Assembly (NCBI GenBank): GCA_030324005.1
Contig: JARDVH010000132.1
Span: 99,358,962 to 99,422,961 of the forward strand
Source of the DNA: Negaprion brevirostris
Lineage: Eukaryota
Direction of reading: 5' to 3'
DNA length: 64,000 nucleotides
A program made the translations under genes and the position numbers. A model generated the notes under the pieces. That model was given only the letters and a program-made list of their open reading frames with translations, ran no database searches and had not been told where the DNA came from. Of the stretch, positions 49,507 through 63,530 are shown one piece after another. Position 1 is the first letter of the stretch, and each line of letters starts with the position of its first letter.

Positions 49507-49743
49507 TACTTGTGAAGATCTCTAGATGATTTATCCTCTAATCGTCCTTTTTTTGTATGCTTACATTGGCAATTTCTTTTGACAGCATTGCTAAGATCAG
49601 GAGTCCAGAAGTTGAATGTGTGGTGAATCTTTANNNNNNNNNNNNNNNNNNNNNNNNNNNNNNNNNNNNNNNNNNNNNNNNNNNNNNNNNNNNNNNNNNN
49701 NNNNNNNNNNNNNNNNNNNNNNNNNNNNNNNNNGTGGTGAATC

Positions 49744-50052
49744 TTTAAGTTTAAGTTAATTTATTGGTGTCACAAGTAGGCTTACATTAACATTACAATG
49801 AAGTTACTGTGGAAATCCCCGAGTTGCCACACTCCATTGCCTGTTCGGGTACACTGAGAGAGAATTTAGCATGGACAATGCACCTAATCAGCGCATCTTT
49901 CGGATTGTGGGAGGAAACTGGAGCACCCAGAGGAAACTCACGCAGCCATAGGGAGAATGCGCAGATTCCGCGGGGACAGTGACCCAAGCCGGGAATTGAA
50001 GCTGGGTCCCTGGTGTTGTGAGGCATCTGTGCTAACCACTGTGCCACCTGTG
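49744..50052 (-). mobile_element. tRNA-derived V-SINE, full length
   Basis: Same head, V-domain and tail in reverse orientation. Confidence 0.85.
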
Positions 50053-50264
50053 CAATCTCACATATAAATGGCAATCTCAACTGCACGTGGAACTGCGCTG
50101 TGCTTTGTCATCTTATTTTTCAACTTGGTCAATTAGCAGTTGGCTGATTGCACAATTGACAATGATTTTTCTCGCAAGATTTGTTAGTAATTGAGCAAAA
50201 AATGTTTTAATTGAACAAAAAGCAAGGATCACACTAATACAGTGAAATACAGCTATCTGAGAAT

Positions 50265-50480
50265 AAATATATTGCCAAGTGTGGACCAGATACAGACCAG
50301 GAAAGACAGGGGTTCATCCTTAATCTTTGCTGTTGGATTAACTTGGCTAAAGCAGCAGTAGGCCCAAGCAGGTCTGAATTTGAGATGAGGAAATTGATTG
50401 CCAGGGTATATGCTCAGGGCTCTTCCTTTTTCCCTCTCTCATGTCACTTTTGCTGGAAAGTGCATGATTGTGGGGATGGG
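50265..50480 (+). mobile_element. Ancient SINE-like relic; related pieces at ~45665-45760 and ~46250-46500
   Basis: cagaccaggaa...ggttcatcc...tgctggaaagtgca pattern loosely shared with the segments flanking the Rex1 insertion; highly diverged. Confidence 0.35.
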
Positions 50481-51266
50481 TAAAATTTCTCATGCTGCCC
50501 ATGATCTAACAATCCATTGAAACTCACTGCCTTAGCTTTCACATGATGGTTTGGATGAGATGCCAAAGTATTGATGTGCAACAAGAAGGAAAAAAATGGA
50601 AAAGATCCGAAGAAAAACCTGTTTAATGAAAAAAGAATTGAAGATTGATACAGAGCATTGAAAGTAGTTCCAGGACATTGGAACAGTCTTGAGAACGAGC
50701 AAAAGTGAAGCAAAACTGTTCAGAAGAAAAAAAGTTAAAACAATTTGGAATGTCTGTCAGGAAAAATTAGAAAACAAAATATTTTTGAAACTTAATTACT
50801 AAGTGTTAAAGAATGCAGAAGGAAATTTCCTCAATGATTAAATAAATTGAGAGAATATAATACGTATCAAATAATAAGCTGGAAGTATTTTTTTTGCAAC
50901 AACTCTCATTTTATCAAATAATCCCCACCCATCCTCATGTCTGGAAGAGTAGAGAATTCACCTGCATCCTAGAAAAAGCAGTAGTCACCAATGAAATTAT
51001 TATTCATAGATTGGATGTCAGGGGACATGGTGCCAAAATAGGAATATACTGGTCACTTACCTCTGGGACTTGCTATGTCTTGCGTTTGGGATCTAGCTGA
51101 GGTTTTTTTTAGGATTTGCCTGTTACCCTCAGACTACTAACATGCCTTTAAGGGATATTGGCATGACATCATTAGAAGGGGAATGTGTGATCTTAGTTTC
51201 ATCTTGACTTTGAGCAAAGAACACAAACACAGCTCTGATGCTTTGAAGCTTTAAATGAATCACAAT

Positions 51267-52296
51267 GGGCCTGATTATACCATCAAGTTGTGTCTGTTTT
51301 CAGGTGCGAAAACTTGATAAAGTCAGGCGTGAGGCAAGTAGTGCAGTCCATGCCCGCCTCTGTGCCAGTTCCCCCTTTACCAGGGGCCGAAAATGGCCAC
51401 TGTCGGGACTACGCCAAAATGCATGCATTTAAGTTGACTTAATGAGCTGGACACGCAAACTTGCTGGCACTTCCCCCTTTACCACTGCATTCGCCTGTCC
51501 AGATTCACCAGGAAACAGATATGGTCCGATTAGGGCACTGCAGCTTCTGAGGAGGTCATTTTGAGCTTCCAGTTTCTCCTTGCTTCTGATCGTGGGGGAG
51601 AGGGGGAGTTGGGGGAATGGTGACCAGAGGGAGGTGGGTCAGGTGGCTCCACTCAGATCGGTGGGGAACGGGGGGTTGGGGGTCCACTACCACTCTGCCT
51701 CTGCTCAGTGAAGGGGAAAGGGGTTCCCCTGTCACTCTGCGTGTGATCGGTGGGGAGGAAGTCGTGGTCCACTGCCTCTCTGCANNNNNNNNNNNNNNNN
51801 NNNNNNNNNNNNNNNNNNNNNNNNNNNNNNNNNNNNNNNNNNNNNNNNNNNNNNNNNNNNNNNNNNNNNNNNNNNNNNNNNNNNNNNNNNNNNNNNNNNN
51901 NNNNNNNNNNNNNNNNNNNNNNNNNNNNNNNNNNNNNNNNNNNNNNNNNNNNNNNNNNNNNNNNNNNNNNNNCAGGGGGGCATTAATGTAGGGATGGGGC
52001 AATATTTGTGGGAGCTGGCTGGAGGCCTTATCTGACCCAGGGGCAATGTGGCAGAGAAGCATTTTTCTATTTTCTTTTACGGCTTATGTGCAATTGGAGG
52101 CGTCGATCAGAGCTACAGGATTTTGGGTGTGTTAAGCCCCACCCACAAGCTTCTGCAATATGATTCATAATCCCTGCTATTTTTTCAAGCAGAGTGCGTA
52201 TGGGAGCACCTGAGAATGGGTCTAAAAGTCAGCTCTGAAACACTCCCAGTTTCAAGTCTGCCCAGCACTTAGAATCAAAATAGTAAAATAAGGCCT
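51267..52296. mobile_element. ~1 kb non-autonomous PIF/Harbinger-like element
   Basis: TIR-like ends gggcctgattataccat and atagtaaaataaggcct; 3-bp flanks aat/aat; G-rich interior with a gap. Confidence 0.6.
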
Positions 52297-53194
52297 AATT
52301 TTTTTTTCCAAATTCATTATTGATGCCTTGTACGTTGTCCAGTAAATATGCCATGGAATTATATCATGATAATAGCATGACACCACAGACTATTATTTGG
52401 GGAAAAAATCTTATTTATTCGCAGATCTATGAACATTTTAGTACTCTGCATGAAGTTGCACTTCTGCTTCCCACCAGATCTCAGTTACCTTATCAGGTAA
52501 CATTGCATCATCATTATATTAGCCATTACATTAGTATCAGATGCTCCCAACGTTAACTCTCTATTCTACATCTCCCCCTACATGTCTTTATCCTAACTAT
52601 ATACAACTCCCCCTATATTTCCCAAAAAAGCCTCAGACTTCACAGGGTTAGTCCTGTGGCCCTTTGACCAATCTCTCTGATCTGGTCCTGAATTTGTTCT
52701 AAGGTTGAGAATGAATTATATTCTTCTGTCATTCAATAGAAATGGCTTTCTCTTGTATGGTTGTCGAGTTTCTACTTGTGTCTTNNNNNNNNNNNNNNNN
52801 NNNNNNNNNNNNNNNNNNNNNNNNNNNNNNNNNNNNNNNNNNNNNNNNNNNNNNNNNNNNNNNNNNNNNNNNNNNNNNNNNNNNAATAGAAATGGCTTTC
52901 TCTTGGATGGTTGTCGAGTTTCTACTTGTTTCTTGTTACTTGTTTCTATCCAGATCTCAACTGTACGTAGAAGGATTCATTGCTCTCCTTCTCAATTATG
53001 ACAAGGTGCTTCAATTCCATTTGATAGTTTTCTGGTTTGTCTTAATCCTGTAAGATCTCAGTGTGGAGCTCTTATATTACAATATTTCCTCCCTGTTGAT
53101 TTCATATCCACACTCTCTCCCCACGCTGCAGTACTTTCGAGTCTTGTACCTTGTGTCTGAGGTTGAAATTACGTGTTTGACTGTCACTTCAGGG

Positions 53195-53260
53195 CATAGA
53201 AAATAGGAGCAGGAGGAGATCATTTAAGTCCTCGAGCCTGTTCTGCCATGCAACTAGAAT
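53195..53260 (-). mobile_element. CR1 3' tail fragment
   Basis: catagaaaataggagcagg... is the reverse complement of the tail at 55925-55960. Confidence 0.55.
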
Positions 53261-54717
53261 GGCACAGGACCCTGGGAAGAAACCTAGTCATAGTGGGAGG
53301 GTGAGAAAGATTAAGAAACTCTAGGCATTTAGTGGGCATGGGTGAATATGGGCACTATTACAGTAAGGTGTCACCATTTTGTTCTGAATGTTTGTCCATA
53401 AATTTCATTTTGTTCATCAACAGAGCCGCCACCCTGTCTGTTCATGCCACCAAACTTGGGGGAAGACTTCGCTCTCCTGGTGCCTCTTCCCTATTGACTG
53501 TGGGAATGGCAGCACGATGTACTTCCCACTCTCTTGCCAGCCCCCACCAGGGAAGGGCACTCCCTCAGCTATGATATGGACAGGAATGCAGGAAGGAGGA
53601 CATGGGAGACGCTACCTGCATACCAGCCTTCACAACCCCTTTAAAGCAAGGGGTATGAAGGTAAGATAAAACCTGCAAGTGACCCTCCCGAACCATCTCC
53701 CTGAATGGTAGTTCTATGACTCCTGCCCCTGGTCCCGGTTTGAACCCCTTCAGAAGTGAAGGCACTGGGTTCATGCTTCTGTAGAACTGTTGTAAATGAC
53801 ACTGGTGCAATGTCATGCGGGCACCAGCTTAAAATTCTGTGTGGGCTCAAAATCCAAAGACAGTGCTTACTAATGACATGCTAATGTATTAAAATAAGCA
53901 TTCTAAGTCCCACAGTGTGTATCACACCATTCCACTAGTGAGGGGCCAGGAAAATTGAAGCTCAGCAGTGTGAATTGCACTCTCCGGATTTTGAGCATGT
54001 GCTGCCACCATTGCTACAGATGGAGAGTATGGGCTCAAAATCAACCACATAGTGCCCAGGTTTCATTTATAACTAGATTCTCAAATTCTTGTGCACACGT
54101 ATACATGCTGCAAGGGCATATCAGAAAATCCTTGGTTCAATAAGAGAAAAATCACCCCTTCCAATTGCACTGTTGCTGTGAAGCAAAACGTTTAGCATCC
54201 CATGACAGTTAAAATGGCTGACTCGTCAGTGGCAAAGTGATAACTAACGTTGAAGAAAACTGACCAGTAAAATCGAACAATCTTGGTGGCATTTCCTGAC
54301 ATTCCTTTGATTTCAACATCTCCAGCTTCCAGAAATGGTGATGTCACCAAGCATGCTAAGCAACCATTCATATTGAAGAATTCTCACAGATAGCAAACAT
54401 AGAAGTAAGACCCACTAATATTCCTTCATTTTAATTACTTTTATAGACTGTGAAATAAAGTTAGGGAAATGCATATTTGATCAAGATAGAAGCTAAAATT
54501 TCATAAACATCTATAGAATTTTCATCGGAATGGAAGCATTTTATATTCTGTAATACTGAAATGAGTTTTTCAGGGCCAGAGAGGCAGTTTATTCATAATT
54601 ATAAATGAGTAACTTCTACACCTTAAAAAAAACACAGTTCCACCTCAATCAATAAGGTGTAACCTTTTCACAGAATTTTGAAATAAGACTTACAGCAATA
54701 AAATATATGCAGCGTGT

Positions 54718-55027
54718 GGGCAGCACAGTGGCACAGTGGTTAGCGCAGCAGCCTCACAGCACCAGGGACCTGTGTACAATTCCTAGCTTGGGTTACTGTC
54801 TGTGTGGAGTCTGCATGATCTCCCCATGTTTGTGTGGGCTTCTCCGGGTACTCCTGTTTCCTCCCACAGTCTGAAAGTTGTGCTGGTTAGGTGCATTGGC
54901 CATGCTAAATTGATCCTCAATGTACGCAAACAGGTGTTGGGGTGAAGCGACCAGAGGATTTTCACAGTAACTTCACTGAAGTGTGAATGTATGCCTACTT
55001 GTGACTAATAAATAAATCTTACTTTAA
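54718..55027 (+). mobile_element. tRNA-derived V-SINE, full length
   Basis: gggcagcacagtggcacagtggttagc head through tail ...cttgtgactaataaataaa. Confidence 0.85.
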
Positions 55028-55704
55028 AATAGAAGTCCAAGTCAATTCAAGTGATTTCTAAAGCTTCAGCAATGCACCCTGAACCACTAACTGCAACTTC
55101 TGGGCTTCTGTGTTTAATTGGAATGTGTGGAAACCAAAATTTTCAGTTAGTTTCACAGTTGTAATCATGGTGGATTCTGACAGTTTCACCATTATCACAA
55201 CCACAAAATCTGGGCAATTGTAAATGAATACTTAGTGAACTATTCATTAGGCTCATCATATTGATATGATTGCTTACCAATGAAAACTCATGGGATTAAT
55301 AAGGATGTTGTTAATCAGATCATGAAAGATTAGAAAGTGTATTTATTGCTGGTAGCGACTAGGAAAACCCCTCAAAATTGGTTTTCTATTCAACAGCTCT
55401 GAATTTATTTTTGGGCTCTACTATTCTGCAACTGTTAGTCCAGCACTGGCAGACCCCAGGAGAAGTCTCACAACACCAGGTTACATCAAGACCCCAGGAG
55501 TATAGCAGTTCCCAGTTGTGCCCAGTGTTTGTTATTTTTGAGAGCTTCCTGGATACCCAACAAAGGGAGGAACCTCTACATTTGTTTACTAAGCAGATAT
55601 TGAGGAGCAGCAACTGGGATATCTAAAGCTGGGAGATCCAACTCCAAAGCCTCAATCAATAACTAGCAAAGTAGCAATAGTATGTGTAACAGCTTGCGAA
55701 CGAG

Positions 55705-55962
55705 TCGCAAAAACCCAGTCTGCAGGTGCAGCAGGTGATCAAGAAGGCGAATGGAATGTTGGCCTTTATAGCGAGGNNNNNNNNNNNNNNNNNNNNNNNN
55801 NNNNNNNNNNNNNNNNNNNNNNNNNNNNNNNNNNNNNNNNNNNNNNNNNNNNNNNNNNNNNNNNNNNNNNNNNNNNGATCAGCCATGATCTTATTGAATG
55901 GTGGGGCAGGCTTGAAGGGCTAGATGGCCTACCCCTGCTCCTATTTCTTATGTTCTTATGAT
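55705..55962 (+). mobile_element. CR1 (HER1-like) LINE 3' fragment
   Basis: QVQQVIKKANGMLAFIAR is a CR1 ORF2 C-terminal motif; the tail atggcctacccctgctcctatttcttatgttcttatg is a CR1-type 3' end. Confidence 0.75.
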
Positions 55963-56084
55963 CTTAAATCAGTGATACATTGTCAAGGATGCATTTTAGT
56001 CTTAGTATGAAGTGCCAAAATGATTATCATTATGCTTCAATGCCAGAATGACATTGGTATTTTTTTCAAATTTGATCAAAGGAT

Positions 56085-58625
56085 ATGAGAATTACTGTCA
56101 ATGTCATCATTTGTTTGTCATTCTTAATTTCCCTTGAAAAGGTGGTGGTAAGCTTGCTTCTTGAACCACTGCAGTCCAAATGATGTCGGTACACCCACAT
56201 TGCTGTTGTAGAGGGAATTCCAGGTTACGGACCCTGTGACAATGAAGGAACAGCAATATAGTTCCAAGTCAGAATGGAGGGAAACTTGTAATTGGTGGTG
56301 TTCCCATGTATCTGGTGTCCTAGTCCTGCTAGATGGTAAATATTTGGATTGGAATGTACTGCTGAAGGAGGCTTGGCAAGTTGCTGCAGTGCGCCTTGTA
56401 GATAGTGCACATTGTGGTGGAGAGAGTGATTGTTTAAGGTGGTTGATGTGTGCTGATGAAAGAGTGCACTTTGTTCTGGATAGTGTTGACCTTCTTAAGT
56501 ATTGTTGAGGCAGCACTCATCCAGGCAAGTGGAGAATATTCCATCATATCTTTATTTGTGCCTTGTCAATGGTGGACAGGCTTGGGAAATCAGGAGGTGG
56601 CTCAGCTGCCACAGGATTTCCAATGTCTAACTTGCTCTTATAAACACAGAATTTGTATGGCTGGGGCAATTATATTCCTGGTCAGCTGTAATCTCAAGGA
56701 TTTTGAGAATGGACAATTCAGTGACTGTAATGCCATTGAATATCAAGGGGACTTGGTTAGATTATATCTTGTTGGAGACGGCTATTGCCTGGCACAAGAT
56801 GTTTGGGTCTAGGACACTACTCTGCAGCACTATCTTGTGGCTGAGCTGATAGGCCTCAGACAACCNNNNNNNNNNAACTATCTGACTTTGTGCCAGATAT
56901 GAGTCCAACCGGTGAACAGTTTTCCCCTGTTTCCCATTTACTTCAATTTAACTAGGGGTCCTTAGTCAAGTGCTGCCTTTATGTCAAGGGACATCAAAGG
57001 ACTCTCAATTCACCTCTGGATTTTGACTCTTCAGTCCATGTTTGGACCAAGGCCGTAATAAAATCTGAAGCCGAGTGACTCAGTTGAACCCAAACTGAAA
57101 ATCATTGCAGAGGTCATTGCTGAGTAAGTGCTGCTTGATAATACTACTGAAGACCATTTCCATCACGTTGCTGCTGTACTGGAACAGCTTGGCTGGGTAA
57201 GTGGCTAATTTTAGAGCACAAGTCTGCGCCAGAGCTGGAATGTTATCAGCGCCTATAGCCTTTGCAATGTTTAGTGCACTCAACCAATTTTTGAAATAAT
57301 GCAAAGTGAATTCAATTGGTTGAAGACTGGCATTTGTATTTCTGGGGATCTCAAGCAGAGACCGAGATAGACCATTCACTTGGCATGTTTGGCTTATGAT
57401 GGGTGCAAATGCTTCATCCTTGACTTTTGCACTAATGCATTGAGCTCCTCCATTATTGAGGATGGGTCTATTTTTGGAATCTCATCTTCCACTTACCAGT
57501 AGTTGTTTAATTATCCACTNNNNNNNNNNNNNNNNNNNNNNNNNNNNNNNNNNNNNNNNNNNNNNNNNNNNNNNNNNNNNNNNNNNNNNNNNNNNNNNNN
57601 NNNNNNNNNNNNNNNNNNNNNNNNNNNNNNNNNNNNNNNNNNNNNNNNNNNNNNNNNNNNNNNNNNNNNNNNNNNNNNNNNNNNNNNNNNNNNNNNNNNN
57701 NNNNNNNNNNNNNNNNNNNNNNNNNNNNNNNNNNNNNNNNNNNNNNNNNNNNNNNNNNNNNNNNNNNNNNNNNNNNNNNNNNNNNNNNNNNNNNNNNNNN
57801 NNNNNNNNNNNNNNNNNNNNNNNNNNNNNNNNNNNNNNNNNNNNNNNNNNNNNNNNNNNNNNNNNNNNNNNNNNNNNNNNNNNNNNNNNNNNNNNNNNNN
57901 NNNNNNNNNNNNNNNNNNNNNNNNNNNNNNNNNNNNNNNNNNNNNNNNNNNNNNNNNNNNNNNNNNNNNNNNNNNNNNNNNNNNNNNNNNNNNNNNNNNN
58001 NNNNNNNNNNNNNNNNNNNNNNNNNNNNNNNNNNNNNNNNNNNNNNNNNNNNNNNNNNNNNNNNNNNNNNNNNNNNNNNNNNNNNNNNNNNNNNNNNNNN
58101 NNNNNNNNNNNNNNNNNNNNNNNNNNNNNNNNNNNNNNNNNNNNNNNNNNNNNNNNNNNNNNNNNNNNNNNNNNNNNNNNNNNNNNNNNNNNNNNNNNNN
58201 NNNNNNNNNNNNNNNNNNNNNNNNNNNNNNNNNNNNNNNNNNNNNNNNNNNNNNNNNNNNNNNNNNNNNNTTTCATTGTTTAGCATTCATGGAATGCTGT
58301 GTTGCAGCTTCAACAGGCTGGAATCTCAATTTTAGTTATGGCTGATGCTATTCCTGGCATGCTTTCCTGCACTCCTTGTATTGGAACCTGATTGATCCTT
58401 TATTTTGATGGTTATGATAGAATAAAATTCTAGATTGTGCTTGAATATTATTTTGCTGCTGCTAATGGCCCACAGTGCCTCATGGATGCCAAGTTTTGAG
58501 CTACTAGATCTTCTCTGACTCTATCGCATTTAGCATGGTCGTAGTGTCGCACAACATGATGGAAGATATCCTAGTGACAAGACATCATCACAAGGCCTAT
58601 GTAGTGATCACTCCTAATAATATCA
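56085..58625 (-). mobile_element. Older CR1/L2-group LINE copy (same family)
   Basis: KAIGADNIPAL...FQYS and KQHLLSNDLCNDFQFGF on the minus strand. The 3' end (cccttgaaaaggtggtgg...) resembles 38090-38250. Confidence 0.8.
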
Positions 58626-59479
58626 CAATAAAATTAAATGAAACATTATAAGTCTGTAATTATTTTTGATGATATTTGATGTAGCATACTCAATTTATGC
58701 AATGCATGATTATGACAAAGTCTGCTAATTTAGTGAAGGCATTAAACTTTTTTAACAGAAATCACCTGATTCATTCCTTTATGAAAATAATGGATATCAC
58801 AAAAATGCATTGGGTTCCATCACCAAAAATAACTTTCAGATTATTATGCTGAATATTATAAAGGTGATTTGAAGGAGGATCAGCAGCACATTGGGCTAGA
58901 AACCAGTCTTTTCATCACTGGGACCTTGGTTTGTATCCAGCCCGGGCAGATGGAATGAAAATATCTGCTCTCTGCTGAATATAAAGGTCCAATGTGAAAT
59001 GAGTGTTGGTAATCTCATTTCTTAAGTGGTGTGTGCATACAGTAAAGGTGTAAATTACATTAAATAAACAATCTTGGAGAAGCGTTAGGATGGCCAATGT
59101 GAAAATAATCATGTTTACCATGCTGCAGTAGGGAATGCTTTTCTAAGGTTTGGGTTGTTTAGACAGAATAGAAAGTCTTTTTACTCTGCATCTGCTACAT
59201 GCCATACTTGACCTGGAAGTGTTTGCTGCTGACACTAGGCTTGCAAAAGAGGAAATGTGTTGCATTCTTTGGCAATGAATCAGCCTCCTTGAAGTGTGTA
59301 TAAAAATAAACACGAAAATATGTACACAAATAAAGTAGTAATGTAAGTGAAAGCTTGATTACGTTGATATATGAACAGAAGTTTCACTATTATATTTTAT
59401 AATTAATAAACTATTTGAAATCTTCATAGTTTTGGCTTTCTTACTGATAAACTACAGTAATTCCCTCAGGGATCAACAG

Positions 59480-60400
59480 AAAAGCACATTGTCATGGGAA
59501 TGTAATGATATACGAACCATTGTTTTCTGATCCTCTTTAGCGCAGGTTACCTCCCGTCATGCTGTGCAAATCCCTACTATTTTACAGGTGGAGAGACCTT
59601 ACAGCAACTGACACAGACAGATGACATATTTATTAGCTTGTCAAAGACTCCCTTGTTCATGGAACACTCACCTAGCTAAACAAAACAATCAGTTTTTCAT
59701 TGGATAATTTGTATGGCTCCCATTGCGAGCCTCAGCAAAGTGCTTGATGAGGCATAAAATGATGATTAATTAATTTACTGCTCAGTTGATCATCAAACTG
59801 AGAGGTTTATGATTCTCTCAGCGGTCATTGGTCTCTATTCAATGTGCAGCAGCATGAAGAGTCTTTACTCCAGCCTACTGCTGCCTTTGGTTTGACCTAA
59901 AGCATTGCATCCTGACTGAAAGTTTCACAGCGCAACATCTATACAGATAGTGGACCCTCTCTCCTGCCCTGCAGAAACAAAGAGGGTTTTCACATATCCC
60001 ATTACACAATCAATTAATCAAGTTAAGTTTGTCTGATGTTGTTATCTTTGAGTGGAAGCTTAACATACAATAGGTTCTTTAACACGTACAGAATAGACTG
60101 GTTTGATTAGTTGAGCAAATATTAACTGTTGATAGAATTATAATGTTAATAAATGTATCAGCATGACAATACTCATGACAAAGTGATGACAATCCAATAG
60201 ACAATGATGTAAAAATATTTATTTGGCGAGAGTAATGAGAATATAGACGGAGATGAACACAACAAGAATTACAACCCCTTTAAGTGATAACAACAAGCTT
60301 TCCCAGAGGCAGTTTTGTCACCGTTTCAACAGAAACATGCTGTAGGACCTTTCTTACAAGACAATTACTGCATTTTAATGGTGCATGCTACCAACAGTAA
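59480..60400. promoter_or_regulatory. Candidate conserved non-coding element
   Basis: Repeat-free island amid TEs, with CCATTGTT, TGACA/TGTCA, TGATTAAT, AAACAAT and TTTATG motifs. Confidence 0.35.
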
Positions 60401-61487
60401 ATGGTCTAGTGGAAGCAAGGCAATAGCATGGAAAATGTCAACATACGTTATATTGTTGTCTTGAGAAGGCTCAAAAGTTTTGTTGTGTATTCTTTAATCA
60501 CCAGCCAAAAATCTACATTTGTTTTTACAAATGCTGCAGCTTTGTGAAACAATGCTGCATTCCTTAAGTCACTGACGCAGCATTCAAGTTCTGGGGGAGG
60601 CATATACTGTGAGGTGAATAAACACTCCAGAAGCTTTGTGAGACTTGTCTGGCATGTAGCACGTTAAATACATACTGCATTGGCACAGAAATGAAAGAAA
60701 GCAGGGAACCAGGTGGGGCAGCCAAGGCCCTAATGAGATGGCATCTGCTCCCATTTCATGTTTCCAGTTCCACAGCAAATACATTGATAGATAACCAAAA
60801 TTTGGAGAGCCAGCCAAACTCACAGAATGTGTACTTGTCATTTTAACAAACCTTCACTGTGCAAGCAAACAGTGGATAAAAATGTGCGTGCGCTTTTCAA
60901 CATTTTCATTCTTATTTCATCAAAGGGCATCATTCCTTACCCTTGGGCCCAAAGATATAATCAAGCTAGGGTATCAAATCACTAAAAATGTCAGAATTCC
61001 AGGAGCAACGATGATATAGGAGATAAGCCACAGGACTAATAATGGAAATGCACAAGGTAAATGCTCCGTGAACATTGGTTTATCCCATCATGGAAGCTAG
61101 TGGAATTTGAATTCAGCAAACAAATCTGTGGCATTTTTAAAGGATAGGCCTGCGAATGATGAAGGTACAAACAAACAAGAACTTTAGTAGAAAGGTGTTT
61201 ACAGGCTGTTAGGATAGACTGCTCATTTGTCTGTGAAAACGTCTGATGACATCATCAATAGGCCACATGATTGGATTGTTAAAGTGATCTTGTTCCAACT
61301 AGACACAAACACAAATGCACAACACTTTCCTCCCGCTTTACATTGGAGGTTCCTGCACTGAAACACAATATAATATTAGCAGTCAAAATTTACAACACGA
61401 GCAATTAGAAAACACAACAGTCATTAAGTTTGATGTTTCCCCAGGGGAGAAAACCAGCCTATACGGATAGATTGAATCTTTAGGTAA

Positions 61488-61612
61488 CATGGTGGTATGG
61501 TGATACACTAGTTAGCACTATTGCCTCACAGCCTCAGGGACCTGGGTTCAATTCTGGTCTGTGTGCAGTTTGCACATTCTTTCCACATCTGTGTGAGTTT
61601 CCTCTGGGTGCT
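61488..61612 (+). mobile_element. V-SINE 5' fragment
   Basis: ttagcactattgcctcacagcctcagggacctgggttcaattc head; truncated. Confidence 0.7.
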
Positions 61613-62286
61613 ACGAGATGGTGGCGCAGGATGTCCATATCTTATCAGAGCTGTAAGCTGTGCCCAGCCCATCTTGGAGGACAGAGGGCAGACTTGGTTA
61701 GCAGACTGAGATATAGAACCTCAGGAGTCATGAAATAGCAGCTTTACTGCTCAATCAGCGTCACATGTGCCCACATGTCAGATTTACAGGAGGCACTGCA
61801 GAGTCAGGAATGAAAATGAAGGACTCCATTCAAGTCATGTGATCCATAACACCTGAGTACTCTGAGCACATGAACTCATCCATTGAGAGATGTTCCACCT
61901 CATGGAATGTCATATGTGGCATCACAACATGGGACACATGCCACAGTGTGTAACGTTGATTAATCAATGGTGAAAATAGTGCAATGAAGCACAGAGTGGA
62001 TGGATGTCAGCTACAGTTCAACTGGTGGTCTCCATTAGCAATCTAAGACACCATAAAATGACTGAGGAGGTGATAGGTGGAGTTCAAGATGCCACCCCTC
62101 ATGGGGTTCTGTCATCTTTATCTGCCTCTGGCTTCTCTAATGGGCAAAGCATCTGTAGAGTCAGTCTTTGTGACAAATACTGGCCTTGCCAGCAGCACTC
62201 ACAATCCATGAACAAATACAGCAGGTGTTACTTCTAGTAAAGGGATCTCTTACAACTCAGCAGTGCAATGTAAAAGTCACAGTCAT

Positions 62287-62397
62287 GGGTGGAAGTTTTT
62301 GGTTATTCACAGCAGCGGGATTTTCTGGTCCCGTTGCAGTAGACTGAGATTTGGCTTACAGTGGCGGCAGGATGTGGATGGACTAAAAATTCCAGCC
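62287..62397. mobile_element. Small Harbinger-like MITE relic
   Basis: Imperfect TIRs gggtggaagtttt and aaaaattccagcc. Confidence 0.4.
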
Positions 62398-63029
62398 ATG
62401 AGATATATTTCAGTCATTTTAATGTTTTGATTTTTTTTGCCAATTGCAGTACTGAAACTTGAGAAGCTACCTTAGAATTTCATCAGCCATTGGAAAATTC
62501 TAAACAGCACATTTGCCTTTCTATATTTCCATGCATTTATGTAATTACATTCCTGCAGGACATGTGTTAAACCTTTAATTGACAGATGGAATTGTTAATG
62601 CATTTGTTAATAGTCAGTCTTTGTTGTGAGATATTTGATTAATCTTCAGAGTCTCTGTTGTAATCTTCTCATTGTCATAGACTTTCTCTGTACTTTGTTC
62701 ATTTTGAATTATTTTGACCAAAATAACTGCACATAATAATTTTCTTGAATATTCAATCATGTTCATGAGATGTGAGTACCATTGGCAAGGCCTGCATTCA
62801 TTGCTATCTCTCACCGCCCTTGAGAAGGTGATGATGAACCACTGCAGTTCGTGAGGTAAATAGAGTGCAATGGAAAGCTATAAATACCAAAACTTATATT
62901 GTGAATATTGTTATAAAATCATCAACTTACATTGCCTTTAAAGGCACTAGAATTTCACAACCAAACATATAGGGAGCTACGAAGGTAGATGAGCCAAAGA
63001 AACAGATTGTAAGGGATCAGCAGAGAAAT

Positions 63030-63530
63030 TTAGGAAGGAAATTCTCGAGCTTGAAGTTCAGCAGTTGAAGATACATCTGCCAATGCTGGAGCAATTAAAA
63101 TTTCTGATATTTGAAAGTTGGAATTAAAGGAGTGTAACTGTCTGAGCGGGTTGTGGGGCTGGAGGAAGATACAGAGAAAAGAAGGTTTAAGGCCATGCAG
63201 GACATCAGAATAAGAGTGAGAATGTTAAAATCAAGGCATTCCTTTAGTGGGGGCCAATGTAGATCAGTGAGCACAGGAGTAACAGGGGGTTGGAAGTTGG
63301 TGCAAGACAGGAAATGGCAGCAGAGTTTCAGATGGCCTCACATTAGGATATGGGGGACCAGCAAAGGATGCACTGGAATAGTCAAAATGAGAGGTAACAA
63401 AGCACATAGGGACATTTGAGCAGATGAACTGCGATGGAAACAGAGTTAGGCAATGTTATGTAGGTGGAAATAGGCTGTCTTTGTCATGGCATTCAGATAT
63501 TGGTTCATGAACTCATTTCAGGATCAACTG
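63030..63530 (-). mobile_element. Degraded L2-type LINE fragment
   Basis: Purine-rich sequence such as gggttgtggggctggagg and ggccaatgtagatcagtgagcacagg resembles antisense L2 ORF2 as I recall it; no intact frame. Confidence 0.5.

Noticed and set aside
52735-52930. ~45-bp direct repeat flanking a 100-N gap (also gtggtgaatcttta around the 49634-49733 gap)
   Set aside because: Near-identical sequence on both sides of a placeholder gap is most likely unmerged contig overlap, an assembly artefact.
54718-54790. tRNA-like sequences with A/B boxes (several copies)
   Set aside because: These are SINE heads, continuous with V-domain and tail, not tRNA genes.
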